Of a stretch of DNA of 64,000 nucleotides, positions 9,249-19,257 are shown piece by piece (the stretch's first letter is position 1; each line of letters opens with the position of its first letter). Below the pieces are notes generated by a model. It did not search any database. It worked only from the letters and a program-made list of their open reading frames with translations, and was not told where the DNA came from. The stretch is taken from NCBI GenBank assembly GCA_031272145.1, contig JAISUL010000005.1, positions 7,098 to 71,097 of the forward strand, in the 5' to 3' direction. Source of the DNA: Synergistaceae bacterium (lineage in GTDB: Bacteria > Synergistota > Synergistia > Synergistales > Aminobacteriaceae). A program made the translations under genes and the position numbers.

Positions 9249-10034
9249 GTGGCGCGCTTAAGGATCGCCACGTTCAACGTGAACTCCGTGAGGAGCCGGC
9301 TACCGATTCTGGAGCGCTGGCTGCCCGGCTCCGGCGTGGACATGCTCTTCCTTCAGGAGACCAAGGCGGTGGATCAGGACTTTCCCGCCGCGGCGCTAGC
9401 TTCCCTTGGATACAGCTCGGCCTTCCACGGGGAGAAGTCGTACAACGGCGTGGCGGTTCTGTTCAAGGGGGAACGTCCCGACGTGTCGTTCGGCTTCGGC
9501 GACGGAGAGCAGCCGGATTTTTCCACGCGCGTGCTCCTTGCGAGGACGCCTAAGTTATCCGTCTTGAACACCTACGTCCCCCAGGGCAAGGAGATAACCA
9601 ACCCCGACTACGAGAGTAAAAAGGCCTTTCTCGATCGCGTGGGGGCGTTTTGCGCGCGCGAGTGCGAAAACGAGCATGCTCTGTTCGCATGGGTCGGGGA
9701 TATGAACGTCGCCCCTACCGAGATGGACGTCACTCACCCTGAGGGCAAGAAGAACCACGTCTGCTTCCACATCGACATAAGGGAGAAGTTCGCCGAGACT
9801 GCGCGGGGGATGACCGACCTCCTGAGGCGGTTCAACCCTGGCGAGGGGGTCTTCACGTTCTTCGACTACCGGGTGAAGGACGCCGAGGCGCGCGGCATAG
9901 GCTGGAGAATAGACCACGTGATGGTGAACGGCGCGCTCGCGGCGCGGGCGTCGGGCTGCTTCGCCGACAGGGCGACGAGGGGTTGGGACAAGCCGTCCGA
10001 CCACGTTCCGGTCGTGGCGGACTTCGACATATAG
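9249..10034 (+). CDS. xth: exodeoxyribonuclease III
   Basis: 261 aa with a GTG start. Exo/endo/phosphatase fold signatures: FNVNSVRSR, LQETK, GDMNVAP, SDHVPV. Confidence 0.9.
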   Translation: MARLRIATFNVNSVRSRLPILERWLPGSGVDMLFLQETKAVDQDFPAAALASLGYSSAFHGEKSYNGVAVLFKGERPDVSFGFGDGEQPDFSTRVLLARTPKLSVLNTYVPQGKEITNPDYESKKAFLDRVGAFCARECENEHALFAWVGDMNVAPTEMDVTHPEGKKNHVCFHIDIREKFAETARGMTDLLRRFNPGEGVFTFFDYRVKDAEARGIGWRIDHVMVNGALAARASGCFADRATRGWDKPSDHVPVVADFDI

Positions 10035-10041
10035 CGGGGGC

Positions 10042-10881
10042 TTGGTTTTGCACAAGGTTTATCTTGGAAGGGACTCGCCCGTGGCCGACGCCGAGCATCC
10101 GCCGTTCTTCGCGGGCTTCTCGTGTCCCTCGGAGGGCTGTTCGATTTTCGGCGCGGTATATTACGCCGAGGGGTTGGGCAATCCCGCCGCGGTTTTCTGC
10201 CACGGCCTGCCGGGGCTCGATAAAAACGGCGACGTTGCCCAGGTTCTGCGATGCGCAGGGTTCAACTCGATAGTGTTCTCCTACAGGGGAACGTGGGGCA
10301 GCAGCGGCTCGTTCGCCTTCTCCGGCATAGCCGCCGACGTGGCCAGCGTGGTCGGCTTGGTGCGCAGGAGGAGGCTCTTGATGCCAGAGCGCTTCGACGG
10401 CAGGGTCGTTCTGATAGGCCACAGCACGGGAGGCTTCGCAGCCATCAAAGCCGCTCTGAGCCTGCCGGAGGTGCGGGATATAGTTCTGCTCTCGGTCTGG
10501 AACGTCGGAGTCGACGGGGCATTGGTCAGGCGAGACGCGGCGACGCGAGCGAGGGTGGAGGAGATACTGAGGAGCGCCGCGTGCTTTTACCACGGCACGA
10601 CCTCCGGCGCGCTGTTCAGCGAGATCACGCGCAACGCCGAGGCCTTCGACCTGAGGAACGACGCAGCGGGACTGTGCGGACGGCGCGTGCTGATGGTGTG
10701 CGGCGACGGCGACGCCTCGGTTCCGGTGGAGGTTCACCAGAAGCCACTGGCCGAGACGTTGAGGAAGGCCGGGTGCGACGTGACGGAGAGGTCGATCAAG
10801 AACTGCGACCACGGTTTTTCCGCCAAGCGCAACGCGCTGATGAGGACCGTCCTTAGGTGGCTGGCCGAGGGCGGGTATTGA
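10042..10881 (+). CDS. alpha/beta hydrolase
   Basis: 279 aa. Nucleophile elbow GHSTGG and a C-terminal DHGF. Start codon uncertain (TTG). Confidence 0.6.
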   Translation: MVLHKVYLGRDSPVADAEHPPFFAGFSCPSEGCSIFGAVYYAEGLGNPAAVFCHGLPGLDKNGDVAQVLRCAGFNSIVFSYRGTWGSSGSFAFSGIAADVASVVGLVRRRRLLMPERFDGRVVLIGHSTGGFAAIKAALSLPEVRDIVLLSVWNVGVDGALVRRDAATRARVEEILRSAACFYHGTTSGALFSEITRNAEAFDLRNDAAGLCGRRVLMVCGDGDASVPVEVHQKPLAETLRKAGCDVTERSIKNCDHGFSAKRNALMRTVLRWLAEGGY

Positions 10882-10910
10882 TATTGAAGGGAACTGCGGA
10901 GGTGTACGAA

Positions 10911-12572
10911 GTGAGTAGATTTTTCACAAACGCCAGCGCGGCATTGCTGGCAGTGCTGTTGGCGACGGGGGCAGCTTGGGCAGAGTACAAGGTTACCACT
11001 GGTGCCGACAGCGGCGCAGGCTCGCTGCGAGAGGTCGTTAAGGAGGCCACGCAATCAGGTACGGATAGCATCATAACCGTAGATGCTTCCGTGAAAAGCA
11101 TTTCTCTCTCGGCACAACTCTCGATCAATTTGATCAATTTGACGAGCAAGCTCACAATAGACGGCGGCGGCGCGACAGTCCGTGGTGCTGGAACACATCG
11201 TCTGCTTTTGATCCAGGGCTCGGGCCAGGTTGAATTCAACAGTCTGACCTTCACCAATGGAGTGCTCGACAGCAATCCCGGCGGCGCAGCTTATATAGAT
11301 GATGCAACCGCGACTGTAACGTTCACGAACTGCACGTTTTACGGCAACAAAGCCAGTAGCGGCGGCGCGGTGTGTGTTTACAACCAGGGAGTGGGCGTCA
11401 CAAAATTCGTCAACTGTACCATCACGGATAACAAGGGCGGCGGCGTCAGCGTCACCGACGGAGGAAGAGCCGCTTTCACGGCGTCGATAATAACGGGCAA
11501 TACGCCCTACGACGTACAAATCGAAGGTCAAGGCTCCATAACAACGGCTCTGTATAACGTCGCAGGCAATGTCAACGATCTCTTCACCTCCGACACCAAC
11601 AGCGTCGGCGTTTCGGCCTCGACTGTTTTCCGATCGGCTACGGTCGGTGACTTCACGCTTGCCTACCCTAGCCCAGCCGTTGACAAAGTCCCTGCAGGCC
11701 AGGGCACTCCAGCGATTGACGCGCTCGGCGTATCCCGACCCATGATGGCCCAAACGGACGCTGGAGCGTTCGAGCTTGTGCCGATTCCGCTTGAGGACGT
11801 TGAGATAGTCGGCCCCGACGAGCTTGAGGTCGGCGACGTCGAACAGTACACTGCCAAGGTTACGCCAGAAAACGCATACGTTTCGTTGAACTGGTCGGCT
11901 AAGGACAACGCCGTTCTAAACGTTATCAGCGATGACGGCGATACCGCGTCGGTCGACGCGCTATCTTACAGCCCGGAATCCGTACTCACGCTCACGGCCA
12001 ATGGCTGGGAGGAAAACGGCAAAACTCCGTTCATCATTCCGGACGAAAAGAAGATCAAGGTCTGGAACGTCCCAACAGAAGCCCCTAAGTCGGTGGACGT
12101 TACGTTTACCAAGTCGGTCGCCTCGATGACACTTGAGTCGGTGGACGTTACGTTTACCAAGTCGGTCGCCTCGATGACACTTGATAACGAGGCGACGTTC
12201 GAGGTAAACGAGGCGACGTTCGAGGTAGAGGTTTCGTATGAACCCAAAGACGCCCGCACAACGGTCAGCGTTGACTTCACGTCCGTCTCGCCCGACGTAG
12301 CGAGCGTGGTCTCGGTACTCTCCCCGAAAAGCGTCGTGGTAAGGGCACACGAGGTTGGTAATACCATCATAGAGGCGAAGGCCGTAGCTACGAACAGCAA
12401 AGGACCAAGCCTTCCAAACCAGGTGGGCACGCCACTTTCCGTCACGGCGCCCAGCGGCGGAGGCGGTACGGCGCCCAGCGGCGGAGGCGGTGGGGGGTGT
12501 GAGTTTGGGTTTGGGGTTACTACTGCTCTGGCCCTGCTCGCGCTTTGCCTGATCCGCTTCTCCAGGCGATGA
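10911..12572 (+). CDS. secreted surface protein with beta-helix-like repeats and a Gly-Cys C-terminal sorting tail
   Basis: GTG 10911 follows a GGAGGTG SD. Signal peptide ALLAVLLATGAAWA. Repeated TFTNCTF/FVNCTITDN motifs typical of polymorphic-membrane/pectin-lyase-like folds. Tail GGGGGGCEFGFGVTTALALLALCLIRFSRR. Confidence 0.7.
   Translation: MSRFFTNASAALLAVLLATGAAWAEYKVTTGADSGAGSLREVVKEATQSGTDSIITVDASVKSISLSAQLSINLINLTSKLTIDGGGATVRGAGTHRLLLIQGSGQVEFNSLTFTNGVLDSNPGGAAYIDDATATVTFTNCTFYGNKASSGGAVCVYNQGVGVTKFVNCTITDNKGGGVSVTDGGRAAFTASIITGNTPYDVQIEGQGSITTALYNVAGNVNDLFTSDTNSVGVSASTVFRSATVGDFTLAYPSPAVDKVPAGQGTPAIDALGVSRPMMAQTDAGAFELVPIPLEDVEIVGPDELEVGDVEQYTAKVTPENAYVSLNWSAKDNAVLNVISDDGDTASVDALSYSPESVLTLTANGWEENGKTPFIIPDEKKIKVWNVPTEAPKSVDVTFTKSVASMTLESVDVTFTKSVASMTLDNEATFEVNEATFEVEVSYEPKDARTTVSVDFTSVSPDVASVVSVLSPKSVVVRAHEVGNTIIEAKAVATNSKGPSLPNQVGTPLSVTAPSGGGGTAPSGGGGGGCEFGFGVTTALALLALCLIRFSRR
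12089..12184. repeat. perfect 2 x 48-bp tandem duplication within the CDS
   Basis: 12089-12136 equals 12137-12184. Encodes SVDVTFTKSVASMTL(E/D) twice. Confidence 0.95.
12186..12227. repeat. perfect 2 x 21-bp tandem duplication within the CDS
   Basis: AACGAGGCGACGTTCGAGGTA occurs twice. Encodes NEATFEV twice. Confidence 0.95.
12444..12491. repeat. perfect 2 x 24-bp tandem duplication within the CDS
   Basis: ACGGCGCCCAGCGGCGGAGGCGGT occurs twice. Encodes (T)APSGGGG twice, just before the sorting tail. Confidence 0.95.
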
Positions 12573-12579
12573 GGACGTT

Positions 12580-13125
12580 ATGGGAGAACCTAAGGACAAG
12601 GACAGGCTGCTCGCCGAGAACTTCCTGGACAGCTCGGCTCTGACGGTCAAACTGTATCCCGACCCGGCGCTGAAGATCCCCGCGGCGCCGGTCGAGAACT
12701 TCGACGACTCCCTTCGCGTCCTCACGGGCAAGATGCGCGCCGTGATGGACACGTTCCAGGGCGTCGGGCTTGCCGCGCCTCAGGTCGGCATATCCAAGCG
12801 CATCGCGATCGTCGCCCACGAAGACCTCTTCTACGTCCTCATCAACCCTCGGCTCGTCGACCAAGACGGCGAACAGGACGGCGACGAGGGCTGCCTCAGC
12901 TTCCCGGACATTTTCGTGCCAGTCAAGCGCCCTATGCGCGTCAAGGTCGCGGCCGCCGACGAAAGCGGGCGCGAGATCGTCCACGAGGTGGACGACTTCA
13001 TCGCTCGGGCGTTCCTCCACGAGATGGACCACCTCGACGGCACCCTCCTCATCGACCGGGTGTCCCCGCTTAAGCGCGAGATGATACGCAAGAAGATGAA
13101 AAAGCGGGGCCGCAAGGGGAAATGA
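12580..13125 (+). CDS. def: peptide deformylase
   Basis: 181 aa with motifs GVGLAAPQ, EGCLSFP and HEMDHL. Confidence 0.92.
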   Translation: MGEPKDKDRLLAENFLDSSALTVKLYPDPALKIPAAPVENFDDSLRVLTGKMRAVMDTFQGVGLAAPQVGISKRIAIVAHEDLFYVLINPRLVDQDGEQDGDEGCLSFPDIFVPVKRPMRVKVAAADESGREIVHEVDDFIARAFLHEMDHLDGTLLIDRVSPLKREMIRKKMKKRGRKGK

Positions 13126-14066
13126 CCAGCAATGCGCGCGCGTGGTTCGTAGGGAGCGGGTCGTTCGCGGCCATGTGCCTCGCGCGCATGAGCGCCGGCG
13201 TCCGGTTCGAGAGGGTGATCACCGGCCTCCCCACGGCGGCGGGAAGGGGATTAGGGAGCAGGCCGTCCCGCGTCGAGGAGGAGTGTACTTCTAATGGCAT
13301 CCCCGTCGAGCGCACCGGCCCCATCAGCGAAAACAACGCCCTGCTGACCGCTCTTCTTACTGATCCGCCTGACGCGATCTTTGTGGTTGACTTTGGGCAG
13401 GTGATACGCGAGCCGATGCTCAGCGCCCCGGCGTGGGGCTGCCTGAACGTGCACCCGTCTATGCTGCCGCGGCTGCGGGGGGCGGCGCCGGTTCAGAGGG
13501 CGCTCATGAACGGCGACGCCTCGACCGGCGTGACGGTCTTTCGCCTCGTGGAGGAGATGGACGCAGGGCCAGTTATGCTGCAGGAGGAGCTGCCGATACC
13601 GCCCGACGCGACCGGCGCGGAGGTCTTTGCCTCGCTGGCAGATCGCGGAGGAGAGCTGGCAGTACGGGCTCTCGGCGCGCTGTCCAGGGGGGAGCTCCGC
13701 GCCGTGCCGCAGAACGGTGCAGCTGCGACCTACGCCCGCAAGCTAGACAAGGCCGAGGCGCACGTGTCATGGACGTGGAGCGCGGAGCGGATACACAACA
13801 CGGTCAGAGCGTTCGACTTCTCGACCGGCGCGTTCGTGACGACCGGCGCGGGCAAGCGCCTAAAGCTATGGCGCGTCTCGCCAGAGGCCGACGAGAATAC
13901 CAGCGCTAACCCCGGAACCGTGCTATGTCTCGCGGACGACCCAATTATCATATGCGGGCGCGAAGCGCTCCGCCTACTAGAGGTGCAGGCGGAGGGGAAG
14001 AGGCGGATGAGCGGCGCTGAGTGGGCGCGTGGCGCCAGGCTTGAAGCAGGGAGCATGATCATATGA
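13122..14066 (+). CDS. fmt: methionyl-tRNA formyltransferase
   Basis: 314 aa. Overlaps the def stop. Motif LNVHPSMLPRLRGAAPVQRAL. def-fmt gene order. Confidence 0.9.
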   Translation: MTSNARAWFVGSGSFAAMCLARMSAGVRFERVITGLPTAAGRGLGSRPSRVEEECTSNGIPVERTGPISENNALLTALLTDPPDAIFVVDFGQVIREPMLSAPAWGCLNVHPSMLPRLRGAAPVQRALMNGDASTGVTVFRLVEEMDAGPVMLQEELPIPPDATGAEVFASLADRGGELAVRALGALSRGELRAVPQNGAAATYARKLDKAEAHVSWTWSAERIHNTVRAFDFSTGAFVTTGAGKRLKLWRVSPEADENTSANPGTVLCLADDPIIICGREALRLLEVQAEGKRRMSGAEWARGARLEAGSMII

Positions 14067-14806
14067 ACAGTGAATTGGACAGGCTAGCCGAGCGAGCTGG
14101 GCTGGGCCAACTGGCTCAGCTTGTCGACTGGCCCAGCGTGATCGCTGTGACCGGGGCCTTGGGGTCTGGGAAGACGGAGTTCGTCCTCAACCTGGCGCTT
14201 GGCCTGAAGCTAAGCGGCAAAAAGGTCACGATAGCCGACGCGGACATAATCAACCCGTACTTCTGCATCCGGCAGGTCACGGAGGCGCTTGAGAGGGACG
14301 GCTTTACAGTTCTGACCCCGCCGGAGGCCGCGAAGTGGTCGGACATGTCGGTCATCAACGCCGGGATAGGCAACGCCATAGCGGCTGGCGACGGCCACCT
14401 CATAATAGACGTAGGCGGGGACGCCGGCGGGGTCATGGCGCTGAAGCAGTTCGAGCCGCTCATAGACCGGGCCGGCTACCTGCTCGTGATGGTGGTCAAC
14501 GCCTACCGTCCGAAGACCTCCACCCCTGAGGGCACTGTGGCCATGGCCAAACGCATGGAGACGCTCTGCGGCCTGAAGGTCGGCGCCCTCGTGTGCAACT
14601 CGCACCTCATGGAGGACACCAAGCCGGAGGACGCGGAGAAGGGGCTGGAGGTCGTGCTGGAGGCCGGGCGAACCATGGGGCTGCCAGTGCTTTACTCAAT
14701 GGTGCGCCCGGAGCACGCAGCAGGCAGTTCCCCTTCCCCGGTTCCCCTGTGGCCTATGACCCGATTTATGAAGCGGCCCTGGGAGGGGTCGGAGATGTGG
14801 GCGTGA
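14063..14806 (+). CDS. P-loop NTPase (MinD/ParA-superfamily-like)
   Basis: 247 aa. Walker A GALGSGKTE and DVGGD. Function not assignable. Confidence 0.55.
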   Translation: MNSELDRLAERAGLGQLAQLVDWPSVIAVTGALGSGKTEFVLNLALGLKLSGKKVTIADADIINPYFCIRQVTEALERDGFTVLTPPEAAKWSDMSVINAGIGNAIAAGDGHLIIDVGGDAGGVMALKQFEPLIDRAGYLLVMVVNAYRPKTSTPEGTVAMAKRMETLCGLKVGALVCNSHLMEDTKPEDAEKGLEVVLEAGRTMGLPVLYSMVRPEHAAGSSPSPVPLWPMTRFMKRPWEGSEMWA

Positions 14807-15599
14807 TGAGCCATGTGACGTTCACCGGGTTGCGCTCCGGCAGGAGGCGGGCGCGCGGCACGTCGGGGTTGCCGAACATGATGGAGCCGGCGAGGAGCTC
14901 GTCCTCCTTCACCCCGATGCTGGCGAGAACCTCAGGGCTCTTGCGCGCGACCCTGTTGAATATCCCAGCCCAGCAGCAGCCGACCCCTAGGGCGTGAGCC
15001 GCCAGCTCGAAGTGGGCCAGGGCTATAGCCCCGTCCTCCGTCACGGTGTTCGGCACGATCGCGGCGGCTAGCTGCGGGGCCCCGCGGAAGATTACGTCGT
15101 GCCCCTTCTCCCACTCGGCTCCGACCCACTCGTCCCACTTCCGACCCGTCGCCCCGGACTTGAGCGCCCTCGCCGTGAGCCCGCCGATCTCCTCGAGCTT
15201 CTCCCTAGTCATGACGATGACCCACCTGACAGGCTGGCGGTTCGACGCGGTGGGGGCGTACCTGGCGGTCTCCAGGAGGCGCGACACCGTCTCCATGCTG
15301 ACGGGGGTCTTCTTGAAGTTCCTGACGCTTCGGCGCGAGCGGAGCAACGTCTCGGCGGAGGCCGGGTCTGGGAACTTAGACCAGTCCACTGCCACGCGGG
15401 GGCCGGTCTGGAAGCTCAGGGAGCAGCAGCCCTTGGGGCAAAACGCGACGCACTGGCCGCAGCGAAGGCACTTCTTCTCGTCCCCCTCAGCGACGAACGG
15501 CCTTTTATCGGGGCCTACCTTTATTATTCCGGACACGCAGACGCGGGAGCAGAGCCCGCAGGTAACGCAGTCCGAGCCTACGGCAAACACGGCCATCAT
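14766..15599 (-). CDS. nitroreductase family protein with N-terminal 2x[4Fe-4S] ferredoxin domain
   Basis: 277 aa. Cys clusters CVTCGLCSRVC and CLRCGQCVAFCP, then a nitroreductase core (RRSVRNF, PTASNRQP). Confidence 0.75.
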   Translation of the reverse strand: MMAVFAVGSDCVTCGLCSRVCVSGIIKVGPDKRPFVAEGDEKKCLRCGQCVAFCPKGCCSLSFQTGPRVAVDWSKFPDPASAETLLRSRRSVRNFKKTPVSMETVSRLLETARYAPTASNRQPVRWVIVMTREKLEEIGGLTARALKSGATGRKWDEWVGAEWEKGHDVIFRGAPQLAAAIVPNTVTEDGAIALAHFELAAHALGVGCCWAGIFNRVARKSPEVLASIGVKEDELLAGSIMFGNPDVPRARLLPERNPVNVTWLITPTSPTPPRAAS

Positions 15600-15611
15600 C
15601 TCCCTTAAAAA

Positions 15612-16112
15612 CTAAAAAAGCTTCTCCTCGGGCTGGAACAGGAAGCCCGTGACTGTCAGGAGCATCGTCTCGTTCTCGTCGTCGCGGCTGCCCATCAGGG
15701 TTATCCGCGCCGGGGTGCAGGTGCCGTCGGAGTGGAAGTAGACGATCTCCGGCTCGAGTTGCCAGCTGCTCCCCTCGATGCGGTACCTTGTGGCGACGGG
15801 CTTCCAGAGGAACTCGGGCGCGGGCGCCGCGAGGAGGAACTGCTGCTCCTCCGCCGCGTCGCCCCGCGTCAGGAGCTCGATGACTATCCGCCCTCTGTCC
15901 GCTCGCCCGTTGGCCAGGTCAACCCTCATCCTGAGCTCTCGCCCGCCAAGCGCCAGGTCGGAGAGCTCCGACACCGCCCGCTGCAGGGTGCGCTGGGTGT
16001 TGTCCATGGAGAGGAACGCAAAGCTCCGCGGCAGGGCCATCGCGGCGGCCAAGCCTATGATCGCCACGATCACCACGAGCTCGAACATAGTGAAGCCGCG
16101 TCTACTCCTCAT
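15612..16112 (-). CDS. pseudopilin (GspH-like), prepilin-type N-terminus
   Basis: 166 aa. N-terminal methylation motif RRGFTMFELVVIVAIIG. Confidence 0.7.
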   Translation of the reverse strand: MRSRRGFTMFELVVIVAIIGLAAAMALPRSFAFLSMDNTQRTLQRAVSELSDLALGGRELRMRVDLANGRADRGRIVIELLTRGDAAEEQQFLLAAPAPEFLWKPVATRYRIEGSSWQLEPEIVYFHSDGTCTPARITLMGSRDDENETMLLTVTGFLFQPEEKLF

Positions 16113-16557
16113 CGTGGTTCGTAACGTCGGCGTTCCTCCCCTCTCCTCCCTCTTCTCCGTCAGGGCCGGTCGAGATTATGTCGAACGCCCCCTTCTCGCC
16201 GGGGCAGCGGTAGATGTAGGGGTAGCCCCAAGGGTCGCTGGGGATGTTCTTCATGTAGGGCTCGGACGGGTACTTCTTCGGGATTGGAGGGACGGTCGGC
16301 TTGCGGACGAGCGCCTCCAGGCCCTGCTGAGTCGTCGGGTACGACCCGTTGTGGAGACGGTACATGTCGAGCGCGGAGGTGAGGGCCTCTATCTGAGACC
16401 GTGCCGCCGTGCGCCGCGCCTCCTCGCCCCTCGCCACGACGTTGGGGACGACTATGGCCGCGAGAAGGCCGAGGATGACCACGACCACCATGATCTCGAT
16501 GAGCGTGAAGCCGCGCCTCCTGCCCATCTTGGCGAACTTCTTAACGAACTTGCGCAT
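16102..16557 (-). CDS. gspG: type II secretion major pseudopilin GspG-like
   Basis: 151 aa. RRGFTLIEIMVVVVILGLLAAIVVPN, then a GspG-like core (DPWGYPYIY). Confidence 0.8.
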   Translation of the reverse strand: MRKFVKKFAKMGRRRGFTLIEIMVVVVILGLLAAIVVPNVVARGEEARRTAARSQIEALTSALDMYRLHNGSYPTTQQGLEALVRKPTVPPIPKKYPSEPYMKNIPSDPWGYPYIYRCPGEKGAFDIISTGPDGEEGGEGRNADVTNHDEE

Positions 16558-16627
16558 GTGCTGCTCCTCCTTAAAAAGCTGTGTGAGATATTATAGCCCG
16601 CTCCGCCCGATCCGAACCGCGTATTTT

Positions 16628-18652
16628 ATGTCCTTGAATCGATCGGCGCCACGAGGTATCCTTGCCTGTGTTGCCGCTAGAACGGCGGATACTGAAAGGC
16701 GAGTGGTTCTCTTGGCTAATCCCGTTGTTAATAAGAAGAGCAAGGCGAAGATCAAGCACGCGACGACGCCAGCACAGCTCCTTGCGCCCCTCCCGCTCGT
16801 CCCGGCCTACGTCGTCGTGCCGCTCTGGTTCGTGTCGCTGGCCCTGCCAAACCTCGTGTACTCCGGCATATACTGGTACGACACTCTGCACATCATGAAG
16901 TTCTTCGTGGCCGGGGTGCCGGTGGGGATAGCGGCGCTCGTGGCCGGGGTGAGGCTCGCACTCTACGGGGGGGAGCGCTTCAGGCTGCGCTTCGACCCGT
17001 TCGCGGCCCTTTGGTTCGCCCTGCTGGCGTACTCGGCGTCTCAGGCGCTCTTTTTGCGCATCTCCTCCTACGTGAGCTTCACTCAGGAGCTCCTCTGCTT
17101 CTCGGCGGTGTGGGCGTTCTACGTGGTCTCGCTGAATTCCTTCCCCAACCGCGCCATCCGCCCGCTGCTCTGGCTCGCAAACGTCAACGCGGCGATAAAC
17201 GTCCTGTTCGCCGAGCTTCAGATACGCGACATAAACGGCGTGCTCAACGTCGGGGACTTTTTCCGCCCGATCCTCCCGACGCCCTTCAACTACATCGGCA
17301 ACACCGGCCAGCAGAACATGTTCGGCCTGTGGATGGCCGTGTGCGTGATGAGCTCCGTCTACCTTTATATAGCCTACGCGACACTGCCCGACGGACGGAA
17401 GCGCCACCCAGCCGTGACCGTCCTGAACCTCGTCCTGATGGGGGTCAACTGCTGGGGGCTCTGGAGCAGCACGAGCCGGTCGGCCATACTCTCGCTGGCC
17501 GTGGGGCTGGCGCTGCTGGCCTTCGTGACGCTGCGGTGCTTCGGGAAGGAGTACACGAGGCGGCTCTGGCACGTCGCGGCGGTGCTGGGCGTCATACTCG
17601 CGGCGGTGTTCCTCATGAACTACGACAGGGCATGGGGGCTCGTCGCTAAGACCCTCGACATGGTGGAGCACTCCGAGACCTACGGCGGGCGCGACGGCAT
17701 ATGGGCGACCTCGCGGACGATGTTCAAGTCCCACCCAGTCCTCGGCGTCGGCATCGGGCAGTACAAGTGGCACTATATGGAGGCCCAAAGGGAGATGTTC
17801 AACTCCTACCCCCACAAGAGGTGGCAGTACACACACTGGGCCCACAACGAGTTCCTCCAGTGGTTCTGCGAGAGCGGCGCGGTCGGGGGAACGGTGCTGC
17901 TGCTCATGTGGGGGGTCTGGGGCTTCCGCCTGCTCAAGAGGGTCAAAAACAGGGAGGACATGGAGGCCGAGGTCATATGGGCATGCGCCTTGGTCGCCCT
18001 CGTGTCGTTCAACGCGTTCTGGACGCGCCCGTTCCACCGCATCGAGAACATCCTCTGGCTGTCGCTGGCCTTCGCCGTGTCTAACCGCGGGATGGACGGA
18101 GGAAGAGTATGGAGTATTTTGTCGAGCTTTTTCTCGCGGCTCGGCAGCGTGCCGGCAAGAACCCTTGGGGCCGCACTCGCTGCCGGGAGCTGCGCCGGAT
18201 TCTTTTTCCTCGGCGACGGGATGGTCGGCGACCGGATGATCCGCGAGGCGCTGAGCACCAGGGACGCCGTCGCGAGACAAAACCTGCTTGAGCGCGCGTC
18301 GACTCACTTCATGGCGAGCAACGACGCGCTGAAGAACCTCGGATACTTCTACCTTCAGGTCGGCCAGCAGACGCAGAACCCCCAGACCGCCGCGAAGGGC
18401 CTTCAGCTTATATGGGAGCACTTCCTCAAGGAGCCGCACTCCGAGGACATGGGCGTCCTGATAGACTGGGCGCAGCGCTTTCAGAACGTCGACATACTGA
18501 ACATCCTCGCCAGCTACCTCAAGCCCGGCACGTACTCCCTTGACGTCAAGCCGGCCACGACCTCCGACGGCAACACCATAAATGCGGTCGTCCTGCGCCA
18601 GTTCGTCGACCCCGACACGCTGCCGGAGGCCTCTGAGGGCAAGAGCGAGTGA
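16628..18652 (+). CDS. O-antigen ligase (Wzy_C) family membrane protein with C-terminal helical-repeat region
   Basis: In-frame ATG at 16628. Multi-TM protein with signature YTHWAHNEFLQWFCESGAVGG. The part of the track ORF 5' of 16628 overlaps gspG and is discarded. Confidence 0.7.
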   Translation: MSLNRSAPRGILACVAARTADTERRVVLLANPVVNKKSKAKIKHATTPAQLLAPLPLVPAYVVVPLWFVSLALPNLVYSGIYWYDTLHIMKFFVAGVPVGIAALVAGVRLALYGGERFRLRFDPFAALWFALLAYSASQALFLRISSYVSFTQELLCFSAVWAFYVVSLNSFPNRAIRPLLWLANVNAAINVLFAELQIRDINGVLNVGDFFRPILPTPFNYIGNTGQQNMFGLWMAVCVMSSVYLYIAYATLPDGRKRHPAVTVLNLVLMGVNCWGLWSSTSRSAILSLAVGLALLAFVTLRCFGKEYTRRLWHVAAVLGVILAAVFLMNYDRAWGLVAKTLDMVEHSETYGGRDGIWATSRTMFKSHPVLGVGIGQYKWHYMEAQREMFNSYPHKRWQYTHWAHNEFLQWFCESGAVGGTVLLLMWGVWGFRLLKRVKNREDMEAEVIWACALVALVSFNAFWTRPFHRIENILWLSLAFAVSNRGMDGGRVWSILSSFFSRLGSVPARTLGAALAAGSCAGFFFLGDGMVGDRMIREALSTRDAVARQNLLERASTHFMASNDALKNLGYFYLQVGQQTQNPQTAAKGLQLIWEHFLKEPHSEDMGVLIDWAQRFQNVDILNILASYLKPGTYSLDVKPATTSDGNTINAVVLRQFVDPDTLPEASEGKSE

Positions 18653-19257
18653 GGCGGGGGTTTACGCTTATAGAGGTCTTGGTCGCGTTCGGCCTGTTCG
18701 GGCTGGTGGCGGCGATGACCTTTGCGCCGGTGATCTACGCCGTGGCCCGCGTGGTCGAGGCGGAGGAGGCGTACTCCGACGCGGCGGCGCTGCGCCGGGC
18801 GGCGCTCTTCATGTCGCGGGACGTCGCTGGCGGGCTTCGCCTCTCGCGGGACATAGTGCGCCTGATCCCCCACGAGGAGTTCGGAGGCGACGGCGACGAC
18901 ACGTTGATCGTGGCGAGCATCACCCCCGCGCGGCAGAACATACCGGCGGGCAGCGTGGTCTACCGCATAGTAAGGAAGTCGTTCACGACCTCCGTGGTGC
19001 CGGGGCTCTACCGCTGGGTGCTGCCCGGCGTCCAGCCGCCCGACGTGAAGCACGACAGGCTGGACGAGAAGGCGGGGCAGCTCATAGTGCCATACGTGGC
19101 CTCGATGAAGCTGTCCGCCCACGCCGGAAGGGACTGGACGAACGAGTACCGCGGGGCAATCCCCTTAGGCCTCAAAATAAAGATGAAGCGCCGAAAGGAG
19201 AGCGAACCTCAGGATGCAGGCGTCGAGGAGGAGTTCATATTCGCGTTCCCGCGCTAG
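18649..19257 (+). CDS. pseudopilin (GspJ-like), prepilin-type N-terminus
   Basis: 202 aa. MRRGFTLIEVLVAFGLFGLV. Confidence 0.7.
   Translation: MRRGFTLIEVLVAFGLFGLVAAMTFAPVIYAVARVVEAEEAYSDAAALRRAALFMSRDVAGGLRLSRDIVRLIPHEEFGGDGDDTLIVASITPARQNIPAGSVVYRIVRKSFTTSVVPGLYRWVLPGVQPPDVKHDRLDEKAGQLIVPYVASMKLSAHAGRDWTNEYRGAIPLGLKIKMKRRKESEPQDAGVEEEFIFAFPR

Noticed and set aside
12089-12227. CRISPR-like or minisatellite array
   Set aside because: There are only two copies of each unit, no spacers, and the repeats lie entirely inside a coding frame that they preserve.
16571-18439. 622-aa minus-strand ORF
   Set aside because: It is antisense to the multi-TM O-antigen-ligase-family gene. Its composition is Arg/Glu/His/Pro-rich with no motifs.
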